A stretch of 64,000 bases of DNA from Diplonema japonicum (taxonomy: Eukaryota > Protista > Euglenozoa: Diplonemea): contig OZ025649.1 in NCBI GenBank assembly GCA_964019335.1, positions 868,001 through 932,000 on the forward strand, written 5' to 3'. The notes under the pieces were generated by a model. It was not told where the DNA came from, did not search any database, and saw only the letters and a program-made list of their open reading frames with translations. This document shows positions 44,698 to 57,100 of the stretch, one piece after another. A program made the position numbers and the translations under genes. The first letter of the stretch is position 1; the number at the start of each line of letters is the position of its first letter.

Positions 44698-46017
44698 ATG
44701 GATGCAGCAGCCTCTGCGGAGGGCAAAGGCAAATGGGCGGGCCACCTTCAGAAGGCGAAGGACCTTGGTATGCAAGGTGGTGCCAAGGCTAAGAATGCAG
44801 CGCAGAAGGCTAACGCAGGTTTTGAGAAGTTCGAGAAGATTGAGCAATTCGATGGTTTCGAGAAGTTGTCTTCAGCTCCAGCAGATAGGCCCACCTTTGC
44901 AGGCCGCCTGGGCACCATCAACGAAGCACTTAATGCTAAGAAGCAGCAAGTGTCGGCTGGCTTTGAGAAGATGACTTCTCCACAGACCGAGGCTACAGAG
45001 CAGTCTACCGTTTCAAAGGGCCTCGGTGCCATCAGCGACAGGATTAACGCCAATAAGCAGGCAGTGACAGCGGGTTTCGAGAAGATAGCTGCTTCGGCAC
45101 CAAAGGAAGAGGGGGGCGCGGAGCGAGAGGGCAACTTCTCTAGGTTCAGTAAGACCCTTGTAGCGGGGAGAGACAAGGTTTCGGCACACAAGGATAATAT
45201 TGCTGGGATGGTTCCGACTGTCAACCTTTCGGCGGCGGGAGAGAGGGGGCTTCAGAAGATGCAGGGATTAAGGGTTAATGTCGTGCCAGACTCAGGGGCG
45301 GACGAGTTTCCCTCACCTCTCACGTCGTCTCACTCTCCTTCTCCCAACTCCGAGAGCATTATGGAGAGGGCTAAGACTCAGAGCACCCAAGGGATAGGGA
45401 GGTTGAAGGATGGCATAGTTAGGCTGAAGGACAGCATACCCATACCGACATTGGGAATACGCCCTCCAACACCATCTGACGCTGAGGATCCGGAAGATTT
45501 TACACGGCAGCACTCCACGAGCTTGGCGCCTGCTCCGCAGCGGTCGCCGTCGCCCCAGCACGGCACTCTCCCATCACCCTCGGCGCGTATGGATAGGCAG
45601 GACACCGAGGATGACTATAATACTGATGAGGCGTTAGCATCTACTGTACAGCACACACCTGATACGGCTGATAAGGCTCGTAGGCACACGATACCTGTTG
45701 CTTTAGACACTGTCCTCTTTGAGGAGAAGGTAAGCGAAGAAGAAGAGCAGCAGAAAACAATGGATTCAGATGACGAGCTTCAGGTGTCAGGTCTTACTCC
45801 GCTACACAGAACGCGCAGCCCGCTACGTACACACAGTGGGCTTGCTTCTCCTCGTGATGTCAACATCTTCCTCAGCAAGCTAACTTTGTGGGACGACATC
45901 GAGCTGAGCTCTATAAGAGGTGCAACACGGGAGCTGAGGAAGATGCGCGAGGAGCTAGTCCTAAGGAATGAAAGAACGACTAGTAGATTACAGTCTGAGC
46001 ATCGAGTTGATGAGTAG
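44698..46017 (+). CDS. Hypothetical protein with GFEK amphipathic repeats and a C-terminal coiled coil
   Basis: 439-aa ORF with GFEK four times. Confidence 0.72.
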   Translation: MDAAASAEGKGKWAGHLQKAKDLGMQGGAKAKNAAQKANAGFEKFEKIEQFDGFEKLSSAPADRPTFAGRLGTINEALNAKKQQVSAGFEKMTSPQTEATEQSTVSKGLGAISDRINANKQAVTAGFEKIAASAPKEEGGAEREGNFSRFSKTLVAGRDKVSAHKDNIAGMVPTVNLSAAGERGLQKMQGLRVNVVPDSGADEFPSPLTSSHSPSPNSESIMERAKTQSTQGIGRLKDGIVRLKDSIPIPTLGIRPPTPSDAEDPEDFTRQHSTSLAPAPQRSPSPQHGTLPSPSARMDRQDTEDDYNTDEALASTVQHTPDTADKARRHTIPVALDTVLFEEKVSEEEEQQKTMDSDDELQVSGLTPLHRTRSPLRTHSGLASPRDVNIFLSKLTLWDDIELSSIRGATRELRKMREELVLRNERTTSRLQSEHRVDE

Positions 46018-46097
46018 ACTAGTGATTTTTGTATTGTTATTGATGTTGCTACGTCTTTACGCTCAGTTTGCTTATTCTATTTTTAGTTGGTGCTATT

Positions 46098-48203
46098 ATG
46101 TCTGTCTCTCCAAGGCTGCATCCTGGCCGCCCGGCTGTGAAGCACCTGAGCCCCGTAACGATGAGCCCTCCGCCGCTACATGACAGATACCAGGAGCAGG
46201 TGTATGGTGAGAAGGTGATACGTGATTTGCGTGTGGTTAGGCCGATGGTGCGATGGCCGCGTGAGATGAGAGGAAGGTACCACATCTTGGAAGGGTTGGA
46301 AGAACCGAGGGTGACCGGGGAGTGGGGTGCTGTCACGAAGGACGAAAGATTATTTAAGCTTCAGGTGTTCAGGGACAGCCACTGGTCAGAGGTCTACTTT
46401 TATAACGCGACTCGAGGAACGTACTTCACAGTTAGCTACGAGTTCAACGCGGACTCCGATATCCAGCCGGGTTCGCCCGACATCATCCAAGATGGGTACA
46501 CGTACACAGCAGATGTAGGCCCTGGTGAAACGCTCCATTACTGTTCGGGTGTGATTACTGGATGCAAGCTTCACTTGAAGCAATCTATGCCGTCTCTTGG
46601 CATGCCGCCGCCGGACTACAATATGTATGTGCGCCTGGTGCAAGCTGAGATTGCACAGCTGAGGGCCGCGATGGATGACCAGCGTGTGAGGGATGGGTCG
46701 GCGAAGGCTGTGCTGCAGTTGTGTGTGCACAGGAAGTTACCGTTCGTCGATCTTAGCTTCCCACCCACTCCAGAGTCTTTAGGGGGTACTTTTAAGCTTG
46801 CTTGGGGAAGGCCTACAGCTTACCTAACCCAGGATTCGAACCAAAGGATTGACGCATTTGTCACAGAGCACCCCGAGCCTAATGATATCGACCCGGGCCA
46901 CCTCGGTGACTCGTGGCTCACATGTGCTATGGCAGTTCTAGCCGACACCCCAGACATATTACGCACGATGTTCATGTCGACGAAGCAGCAGCTTGAGCAC
47001 CGGTCTCTAGGTGCCTTCATGGTCCGTCTTTGCTTGCACGGCTGGTGGCAGGAGATTGTCATTGACAACTATTTGCCTCTCTTGGCAAGGGAGCCCGCCT
47101 TTGCACGCAACGTAGAAAACCCATATGAGATGTGGGTAGCTCTCACTCAAAAGGCTTTTGCAAAGGTGTTCAAAGGTTATCATGCGATTCGAAAGGGTGA
47201 TACCTTAGAGGCCTTGCAGGACATGAGTGGGCTGCCTGCATACAGGTTTGATTGGCGGGACGGCACAGTCTTTACGCGACTAGAGAAGGGGCTTCCTTAC
47301 ATTGCTGTGCTTAGAACTCCAGAGAATGGGAACAAGGAGCTCTACGAGAAGTGCGGCCTTCTGACAGGTCACAGCTACACCCTTCTTGAAGTGGTGAGAG
47401 TGCATACCAATAAGAGCCCACCGGAGGGATTCCAGATGTGCAGAATAAGGAATGCGTGGGGTGATGCCTCCTTGTGGAGGGGAAAGTGGCACATAGGCGA
47501 TGAAGCATGGAAGGTGCACCCAAGCGTGAGGGGTCAGTGCCAAGGAGGCAATGGTGACGGAACATTCTGGACGGACTGGGGCTCCGTGAAAGAGTGGTTC
47601 AGGGATGGTGGGATGTTGGCGTATGTGCCCACCTGGACAGAGGTGCGCATAGCTTCGGAGTTCAAGAATGGGACGCCGATGCACATGCTCGAGGTATGGC
47701 CCGATTCTACGTCTGATTGCATCATAAGCTTGCATCAGAGGGCAGACTCAGAGGAGTACGCTTCTTGCATGATAAGCGTTATCGTGCCGACACAGGACGG
47801 GGGGTGGGCTGTGAACAATAAGTCTCAGTCCTACGAAGGGAAGTACTGCAGAGGGAGAGATGTCGCACTTCGGTACGGGTTCACTGACACAGGATCAAGG
47901 GGCAGCAAGCAAAGGCCCTTCTATGTCATTTGGCGTGCTAAGAGCCAGGCTAACAAGAGCGTCGTGGTCTCTTTACATGCTGCTCGGAGGTTCGCAACCC
48001 TCGTCATAAAGCGGCCATCGAAGGACGCACTCCTTCCTCTGCAGTTCTTGCCCATCTGGAGAAGGGGTGGCTCCTCTTCCTTTAACCCTTCTACCTCCCC
48101 TCCGTGCTCTGCTGCTATACAGACTAACCTCCTTGACAGCTACACCGGTCAGACGATCCGTATGAGCAGCTTGTCGTCTAGACCTGCCCCAAGACCCCTT
48201 TAG
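46098..48203 (+). CDS. Calpain-like protein (DUF1935 + CysPc + domain III), catalytic Cys replaced by Ser
   Basis: FYNATR...VGPGET (DUF1935), FVDLSFPP, DIDPGHLGDSW, IDNYLP, KAFAK, GHSY, IRNAWG. Confidence 0.92.
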   Translation: MSVSPRLHPGRPAVKHLSPVTMSPPPLHDRYQEQVYGEKVIRDLRVVRPMVRWPREMRGRYHILEGLEEPRVTGEWGAVTKDERLFKLQVFRDSHWSEVYFYNATRGTYFTVSYEFNADSDIQPGSPDIIQDGYTYTADVGPGETLHYCSGVITGCKLHLKQSMPSLGMPPPDYNMYVRLVQAEIAQLRAAMDDQRVRDGSAKAVLQLCVHRKLPFVDLSFPPTPESLGGTFKLAWGRPTAYLTQDSNQRIDAFVTEHPEPNDIDPGHLGDSWLTCAMAVLADTPDILRTMFMSTKQQLEHRSLGAFMVRLCLHGWWQEIVIDNYLPLLAREPAFARNVENPYEMWVALTQKAFAKVFKGYHAIRKGDTLEALQDMSGLPAYRFDWRDGTVFTRLEKGLPYIAVLRTPENGNKELYEKCGLLTGHSYTLLEVVRVHTNKSPPEGFQMCRIRNAWGDASLWRGKWHIGDEAWKVHPSVRGQCQGGNGDGTFWTDWGSVKEWFRDGGMLAYVPTWTEVRIASEFKNGTPMHMLEVWPDSTSDCIISLHQRADSEEYASCMISVIVPTQDGGWAVNNKSQSYEGKYCRGRDVALRYGFTDTGSRGSKQRPFYVIWRAKSQANKSVVVSLHAARRFATLVIKRPSKDALLPLQFLPIWRRGGSSSFNPSTSPPCSAAIQTNLLDSYTGQTIRMSSLSSRPAPRPL

Positions 48204-48321
48204 TTGACATAGATTTTGTTGTGGTTGTATTTATCAATATTACGTTGTTCCTTTTAATTATACAAACAGGGAGATCTACACATTGAAAATAGAGCATACC
48301 TTCTTCGCAAGAAGTCTCTAG

Positions 48322-50881
48322 ATGAGGAGATGGTCCTCTACAGCATTATTTAAACGGCTTTCCAGTAAGAGAGATGTGAGCGCCGTGAGTGGAGTCATGC
48401 AAGGTCCCAATAAGCACCCTCAGTTAGCGCAGGCTGTGATGCCTCCTGCTCCTAAGAACGACCCGGCTGGTATTGATCAGCCATCTAACCTCGATCAGCT
48501 GGCGCACATGGTGGACGTGGGGAGAATCAGCTGCAAGTCTCTCCCTCCCAGCACCGTCGCTAATATTGCACAGTCAGGCTCCTTCACGGAGGGTCTTGCT
48601 CTTGCCGTTGCTAAGTGGCTGACCACGGCAAACCTCACTGATTGCAATGGGGACCGCGAGCTGGAGGTGGTAGCATGGTCCCTCATTAATGTTAACTTCC
48701 CGACCTCGACACAGATGCTCTACAGCATGACTGAGAGCCCTAAGGGGCTTCGTACCCTCTGTCGCCTCAACGCTGCTCTCGTCTTCCACATCATCGCAGC
48801 CCACAAGGCACACTCTTGGGGCCCCAAGCAAGAAGCTGCAATACGTCAGCTGTCTTCCACAGATGTGGCGCAAATGCTACGTGTGGCTGCTGTCAACGAA
48901 GGCTATCCCTCGGTCCCCTGTGCTAGGCCTGTGCTGGACGTATTGTTCGATGCTACACAAGCCATCTGTGGTTCGAGTATGGGCTTCGCAGAGCAGGACT
49001 GCACGAGGGTGCTGCGGTCTTTGCATATCTTGAACGCGTCAAGCAACGTGAAGAGAGGCGTCGTGGTCAATGCCACGAGAAACCTCGACCAGTATTCTTT
49101 CGTGGACTTGGTGCAGCTGGTGCAGGCGTTGGTTATCTGTCAGGACTCGGTTGATGATGCAGACGATGTCGCTGAGAAGGTCTGCGAGAAGCTTGGCTGC
49201 AGGGTCTTGAGCGCAGCAGATTTACTAGCAAGCAATGAGTTGCTCGACGCGCTGCCGCAGGAGCTAGGGGCCACTGTTTCCAGCTCTACTCTCGATGCGA
49301 GTGACCTGCTAGCAATGATGCAGATCGCACAGGGGAACGAGGACGTATGCAGCTATCCAGGCCTTATCAAGGTGCTCGCCGCACACTTGACTACGCTGTT
49401 GCAGGGTGGCGCCGAGTACATTTCCCCTGCCTCCCTCATCTACGCACTCTGCTCGGTTTCCCAGGCGGGTGTTCAGGCTCCAAGGATGTTTGTTGAGATC
49501 AGTAAGCACCTCCAGTGCTGCCTCGGCACACTCCCGCCTGCGCGCATAGGGTGTCTTGCTGCTGCCTATGCCACTTCGAACCACTATTGCAACAGGCTCT
49601 TCAAGGAGCTTGAGGCTTACATCACTGATGAGGAAAAGAGGTCCAAGATTGATGGCATGACAGCTATCACACTTCTCTATGTCATGGCTGCGTTAAATGT
49701 ATGCATGCTTCCCCAATTCACTCAACCACAGCACCCCGTCGACAGTAGGGGGGTCATGCTCACCGCTATTAACATCATGTCCGAATGGGTAGAAGAGTCG
49801 CCTGAGGTGGTCGCCACAAAGGTATGCCGTCTCCCTCACCCCACACCTCACAGGCATCCACACTGTCATGGAGTTTAGGTGTCTTGATGCAGTCTGAGAA
49901 GCATGAGAGCGTTGCCTCGCTGATCAGCACGATGGCTGGCATCCTGACAAAGCTGGGTGTTGTTCGCCTGATGCCGTTGGAGGGTGTTACAGGGCTTCTG
50001 TGGGGCATCACATCAGTATTGAAGGAAGAGATTATGGACCCTGTGGTGGTGCAGCTGTTCAGCGAGGCCCAGGAGAGGTGCTGCGTCCTTAAGAAGGAGG
50101 ACAGCATATCTATGGTGCAGTCTTCAGCTGTTCTGCTGTGGTGCTTCACGAACGCCTTTAAGACAGTCGACGGCGAAGAGAGGGACATGGAGTTCGTGTC
50201 TGTGATGGCCGATGCTGTGTGTGAGAACTTCCTGATGTTCATATCGTCGACGACCTCTGAGGTGGTGTACCTATTGTCATGCATCATGTGTCATGCGCCG
50301 GAGAGTGCGGTGAGGGTGTTTGAGAAGTTGGCAGCTTTCTTGACACAGCACCCGAGTTCGGCGCGGCACCTTGTGCAGCACTTGTACGCGCCAGGGACGG
50401 CAATGCTCGTGCAGGGGTTTCTCTCCACGCACACTGGTGACGATGAGTTGCTTGGCATGCTGTTCGAGCACTGCGTGTCACACGAGGTGTCTTCAACCTA
50501 CATAGCGAATGCCGCTTCGGCAGTCGCCATCTGTGCAACGCAGAGCGAGGCGTGTCCGCCGTACTTCTTCGAGGCGTTGAAGTACATCCTGGCAGGTAAT
50601 CCACTCAGTGAGGAGGCGGCTGGGGCTGACCCCAACACACCAGTGCTACTTGACATCCTAAGCACCCACACTTCTCATGATGCCACTCACGTCCCTCTGT
50701 CACTCCGTCCTCACAGGCGCAGGGTTCCTGAGGGTGTGCCATATGCATCCCAGCCTACAGGATGGCCGTCTCTGCACAAGGGCTCGCCCCGTTTCTGTTC
50801 GGTATGACCCCACACACACACACACACACACACACACAACAGGATATTGTGGTTGCCCCGTACAAGATGAGCTGCATGTGA
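48322..50881 (+). CDS. Probably mitochondrial helical-repeat protein (HPR/OPR/FASTK-like); introns 49699..49731, 49822..49853, 50802..50842
   Basis: MRRWSSTALFKRL presequence-like start. Repeats such as PRMFVEI...LPPARIGCLAAAYA...RLFKEL. The 49822 intron joins two ORFs. The other two introns and the 3' end are less certain. Confidence 0.62.
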
Positions 50882-51398
50882 GGTTCACCTTCTCTCGGTG
50901 TCTGACGACGCACCCTGAGACCTGAGGAGGGACGGCAGGGAGCGGGCTGTATCTTCTTACCTTGTTTTCTCACCTTCCGCCTCCTTAGGCATACTGTGCA
51001 GGCCCGGGGTTATCTTCATCGGCAGGCTTTGTACAAATAAATGCGAGGTTTTTTCTTACAAGGAGAACCTCAAACAGGTCAGGCCCCCTAGCACTTCGGG
51101 TGTCGCGGGGACACCCACGTGACTTGTCCATAGTAGTCTGGGTATTCGTTCCGATGAGGACCCCACGGGCCTCCTCTTGTTGGCGGCTTAGGTGGGTTGG
51201 TAGTTTCATAGGCGCAAGTGTTTCTTTAAAGAAAGAGGAAAGGAAAGAAAGTAAAGATAAGAAATGCTGTGTCACCTCTTAATTTTCTTCCCCACCTTTT
51301 TTTTCTTTTTATCGGACATATTTTTTCCTGGTGGGGTTTTCTTCGGAGCGAGGCGAGGCAGAAAGAAAGGGTTTTCATACGTTCACAAAGAATTAAGA

Positions 51399-51422
51399 AC
51401 CCAGACCCAGACCCAGACCCAG
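51399..51422. repeat. (ACCCAG)4 microsatellite
   Basis: Seen directly. Confidence 0.9.
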
Positions 51423-51665
51423 ACCAGGTGTTCCGCCTCCGTGGTGACCGTGCCGGGATGATTATGTCTTTTTTACATGATGAACAGCAACACGCGTGTT
51501 ATTGTGATTATCAAAGGGATGCGGTGTGCGGTACGGATGATTTCTTTATTAGGTGGAAGACGTTGATTAAGAGGTGACCAGTAATCGAAGGGAGAAAGAA
51601 AGGAATTAGTGGGGGTGTTTTTTTCTTCTTTTTTTTTCCGTTTACCACTCATCACAACACTCTGG

Positions 51666-51701
51666 GCACAGCACAGCACAGCACAGCACAGCACAGCACA
51701 G
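51666..51701. repeat. (GCACA)7 microsatellite
   Basis: Seen directly. Confidence 0.9.
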
Positions 51702-52888
51702 TGTTCTTTTCAACTTGTGTAGGGTGCTGCACAGCAGACGAGCAGGACACGGTGGGATGGTTTACTTACGTTCGCAACGTGGGCAGTGCAGCAGTCCTTC
51801 TCTCTTTCTCTCTCCTTTAGCAGGATAAAGAAGAAGAAGAAGGGCTGAGAAAGGTAAACAAGATCTTTACCTCCCTCCTGCTCTGCTTTTCTGCATCACA
51901 GTCCAGCATCCGCCCCCCTCTGTGGTTGTATGTATTTTTCTTTTCTTTTTTTCTGTGTTGATAGGTGTTTTCTTTTTGTTCTTCTTTTCTCTCTTATCCC
52001 CCCTCGCTGGTCACTAATGGTGGAGGAGTGTAAGGAGTAGGGGTCTTCTGGGAGAGCGATGGGTGGGGCAGTTTTTCTTCTTCTTTTTTTCTTCTTCTTT
52101 TCCCCTCGTTCCCCGCACGCATAGTTTTGCATTCTTTTTCTTTTCTTATCTTATTTTGCGTTTTTTACGCCTCCTGCCTCTGTCTAAGGTGTCGGAGTCT
52201 TGTAGCATCTATTTTTTTTTCTTCATTTTTGACTAGCTGTTACAGTGTGCCCTTTGGGGCTGTCTGGGAGGCCCTCCTGGTACTGTAGAGAGAGATGTGA
52301 GGCGTAATAGTTTCTTATTGTAGTTTTAACGCCCCCCCCCTGTCCCCTTTCTTCGTCCTTTGTTCCATATCTGGTTTCCTTTTTTTTTGTGCCCCCCCTT
52401 GTGACTCCCCCATCGTTGTGAAAACTTTTCGTTTTTTATACTCGTCTTCCTCTCTTCTACCTTTCTCTTGCTATCTTCTCTCTTTTTTTTTTGAACCCCC
52501 CCTTTTTTTTCCATTCTCTCTGTTCATTCTCATTGGTGTGTGCTGTGACAGTGGAGGCCCCGTACCCCTCGCTTCTAAATCCTTTACTCAGGTTATTTGG
52601 TCGCGTGAGAGAAAGGGAGGTGTTTTTTTTTGTTTTTATTTATTTTATATTTCCTTTTAGTTACACATACACTTGTTTTTTTGAGCAGTGCTAAGGGGGG
52701 GGTTTTTGGCCCTCATCTTCCCCATCCCATCCCCCCGAATATTGTTTCCGTTCTGCAGCCACTGCTGTCGTTCGGTATGATGTCCAGTTTTTTCTTCCTC
52801 ATTTTCGTCTTTTTTTTTCTCCCCCTACCCCTTCTTCTATTCCTGTTCTCAGTTCCTCTTATGCATCGTGGTGGCAGCTAGCCAGAGT

Positions 52889-52928
<40 letters not shown>

Positions 52929-54186
52929 GTAAGGGTATTTTGCGCACAACAAGAGAAAGAAAGAAAAAAAAAAAAGAAATATTTTTGTTTTTTGTACTAT
53001 AAGCGTTTTAGAGAGAAAAAGGTGGATGTGGTAGAAGATTCTACCTTTTTTTTCTTTAGTAATTTGATATTCCGATTAAGCCTGCTTTACAGACATAGGG
53101 AGGTCAATAGAATTCTTTGTTTAGTGATTTTACAGCTATATGTAACTTGTGCCGGGCAAGAAGCTTTCGCAGCTTTTTTAGAATTCTTTTTGCTCGTGCG
53201 AACAGCAGAAGACATATAGTCAAGGAATCTTTTTTTTTTTGTGTAGCGGTTTTTTTTTCGAGCGTGAAGGTGAGTAGATGGTCCCCCCTTTCCCTCTTCC
53301 CCCTTGCTTTTCTCTTTTTTTTTTTTTAAGGCGGTCCTGTCATGTGCGGCAGGTCCCTTCAGAGACGCGTATTTTTTTCTCTCTTTACAACAGCTATCGT
53401 GTATGACTTTCACAAAAGATATTATGACGCAGAAAAATGTTTTTTTACGATAAGATTACTCACCAACATTAACTTCGTGGAAGGGGCTGTGCAGAAGACG
53501 GCTTGCCGTTTCCGCCCCTTCCTCGTCCCCTGCTCTCCATGGCGCGAGAGGCTTAGCAGCAAAGGGCACTCTTCCATTAGTACACTGATTTCTTTTTGAT
53601 TCTTTTTATTCTTTCTTAATATACAGATAGTATTATTAATATTTAGGCGGCTCCACGTGCCCGTTTTTTTCTTCTTCTTTTTTTTCTTTTCCCTTTTCGT
53701 TTCTCCTTTTCTTCTTTCTTTATGGGATCATCCGGGGTAATGTCTTTCTGCCTACCAGGAGCTCCATATTTTGAGGCTTATACCACCCCAGAAAAAGGTG
53801 CTTACCTGTGCGAGGGGCGTAGTTGGGAGGCACTGGGTAGGAAGCAGGGAACAGGGGGGTTTTTTTTTTGCACACGCGTTTTAGCAGCAGTACACCTAGC
53901 AGACGGTGTCATCGTGACCTATATCTTGTTCAAACTTAGGTTGTCGGACTACCTTTTTTATTCAGATGGCTTTCAGGTCTTTTTATTCTTGCCGCCCAGC
54001 AGGGCAGCAGGGGTCATTTCAAATCCTAGCATTTCCCCGGACATGCTCATATTATTATTATTATTTGTTGTTTTCCCCATCTTTCCCCTTTCCCTCTTTT
54101 TTTTCTCTTTTTTATTCTCTTGTGTTTTCTTTTATTCTCCTCTATCACCCACACAGGTGCAAGACAGGGGCCGTGCCTGTAGCAAG

Positions 54187-57100
54187 ATGGCGTTCATGTC
54201 GGAGGTGACCCACGGCAAGCTCGTGGGGAAGTACACTGCCACACCCGACGGCATTGGGGGTGAGCACATGACATACACTGCCGACACCGAGAGGAGCAGT
54301 GTGATCGGCGAGGGCATCGTGGGCTGCGGCTCCTTTAATGCCCAGGTGAGATGCTGTGCACCCTTCGGCAGCGCTAGCAGCATAAGACAGGCGACCTGCT
54401 GGACGGGCGAGTCCGACGGCTCCCTGACCATCCGGCAAGCCTGGTCGGGGGAGGTCGTCAACAACGTCGAGAGGAAGGCAGGCGTCTTCGTCACGTGCCT
54501 CAAGCACAGCGGGAATATGATGTACGCAGGCATGTCAGACGGCTACTTGAGAGCCTTCGAGTCCTCACCCTCTGGCGACGACTACACCCTGATGTCCGAG
54601 GCAAGAAAGCACACAGGCGACATTCTGTGCATCGAGACTGTGGGCAGCAACATCTTCACAGGCGCTAGAGACTGGCAGGTGTTTGTCTGGAGGTGGGACG
54701 ATGAGGTGCTCCGTGCGGTGGACCAGTTCGCGGGTCACCAGCTGGCCGTCAGGTGCCTGGCCTACGCCGACGGCTATCTGTACTCTGGCGGCGACGAGGG
54801 CGTGATACGATGCATCCACATGGAGACTGGGAAGGAGATCATGACCTGCGAGTCTGCGGTGCCAGGTTTCCCGATTGGGCAGAACAAGGGCGGCATCAAG
54901 TCACTGTGCGTTGTGGACAACGTGTTCTTCTCTGGTGATGAGGAGAACATCAACGTGTGGGAGGCAAAGACGGGCAATCATCTTCGGTTGCTGCTGAAGT
55001 CCGAGGGCGCTGTCTTGACGCTGATGAAAGACCCCTGCGGCAACAGGGTGTGGTCGGGCGGTGTTGATGGTGTCATCAGACTGTGGAGCGCAGTAGACTT
55101 CACGTTACTGTGCTCGTTGAACGACCACAACGGGTCGTTCGTGAGAGGCCTGGTTCCCTTGACAAGGGTGAGCTCCACAAAGGCATGGACTATCAACAAG
55201 GACGGGGAGCTCCAGCTGTGGTACACGGAGTCCGACTGCAGCGAGTTTGTGGAGACCACCTCGCGTGAGGAGCGCAGGCTGACAACAACCATCATGAACT
55301 TGAGGGAGTCTATCGTCAATAACTATGCAAAGCTGGAGGGTCACAAGCAGGATTTGAAAAAGTCTGAAAGCTTAGAGGCCAGCAGAAAGAAAGCTCTAGC
55401 CGAGGCATTTTTCCGTTCTGGTAATGTATGCCTGAACCGGAAGTACTTCGGGAAGCTGATGTCGATGCTTCAGGCCCGGAAGCGGCAGAAGAAATCGGCC
55501 ATTCTGTGCAACGCTCTGCACACGTCGACCGGCCAGGAGAGGCGTGCAGTCTACTATGGTAAGTTGGCTAAGTTTGCAAAGCAGCGTGCTGATTATAAGA
55601 AAAACCAAAAGTTCGCAGAGTGCATCCTGAGCAATACCGAAAAGACCCTGCAGATCGTCTACTACAGGAAGCTTAAGGAGTACACAAGAAGGGCCACCCT
55701 GAAGCACAAGAAGGAGGCTCTCGCGGCTTCTTTGCAGCGTAACACAACAGGAGGTCTACAGAGGTCGACTCTGTTCAAGTGGATGAGGTGGGACCAGAAG
55801 AGGCGCCACACCAAGAAGCGGCGTACCATATCCCATGCGATGTTCAGGCATACCAAGAACGGGTTGCTGTTTATCTACTATGCGAAGTTGGTGGCTTACT
55901 ACAAGAGGGAGAGGGAGGAGGTTCGTAAGGGCACCCTCACAGACACCTTGCTCAGGACGCTTTACAGGAGCATGAGACATGCCTACTACATGAAATGGCT
56001 GAAGTGGTTCAAGAGGAAGAGCGATGCCGGTAGGAGGAAGCGCGTAGCTCACATCTTGATGCGCACTACATGCCATGGCACGTTGAGGCTGTACTGGAGC
56101 AAGTGGATGGAGTGGAGGCTCTCCGGCATGCATCGAGCTCTTGAGTCCAAGTACGACGAGATGCAGAAGAACGTGAAGAAGCTCGAGTTGAAGTTGAAGG
56201 CTGCCAAGTTCGTGACCGAGGAAGACCTCAGGAAGCAGGTATCAGACCTGGACAATGAGGCGGCCAAACTAGAGAAGGAGCTAGAGATGCTGGAAGGCAA
56301 AGCGGACAGTCTGGAAGATGAGTGTCAGAAGCTCGACATGGAAGCAAACGGTTTCTTGCATCACGATCCCTCTCAGCCCATCCAGGAGCAGCTAGTTCAT
56401 GTGTGTGCCTACCTCAAGGCACGCGGCGTGTCATGCAGGCACGACATCAGGACCATCTCGGACACCACTGGCAAAAAGGAGCGTGGTGTCCCCGTCTTCA
56501 CGAACGGTCTGTCACGTTTGAAGAAGGCACTTGTTCAGGCAGGCTGCACAAAGTCATCTCACCATTGGGGTTGCACCTCTGACCGCATCAAACAGTTGGA
56601 AAGGAAGTACCTGCAAGAGTCGCACAAGGGCATCAAGGAGATCATCATCGGTGTGGATCAGATGAGGTATTACAAGTCCACCTTCCCTGTTGACCTATGT
56701 CAGGAGGTACTAGACAACATCCACGTGCTGTATGAGGTTGTGACCAGGATCTACGGGGATAGGATGGCTCACGACATGAATGATTTGAGGGTAGCTCAGA
56801 AGATGAGAGAAAACGACCCATATGCGACACAGCACGGGAAGCTCATTAATGACAAGAAGAGTAACACGTTCCTGGAGCGGCAGGCAAGATCCAAAGAAGG
56901 GTCCCTTAGAGAAAAGGTGAGGTCCAAGGAGTCCAACCCACCGGTGCCAAGAAGGTCTGGTACCCCGACACCAAGAGCGGGCAGCACAGAGCCCAGCGAG
57001 CCTGCTACTGCTAGATCGTTGATTTCACCGCCCATGTCTTCCAGGTCTGCAAGGCCTAGCCCCGGATTCAAGGTTGGGGACAATCTGAGGGTGATTGCCA

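Noticed and set aside
53722-54186. 155-codon N-terminal extension of the WD40 ORF (similar extensions at 1361, 8404, 12256, 17224, 20787, 38386, 39791, 41720, 42475, 46068)
   Set aside because: These translate U-rich spacer (poly-Phe/Leu) upstream of the acceptor AG. The downstream ATGs fit better.
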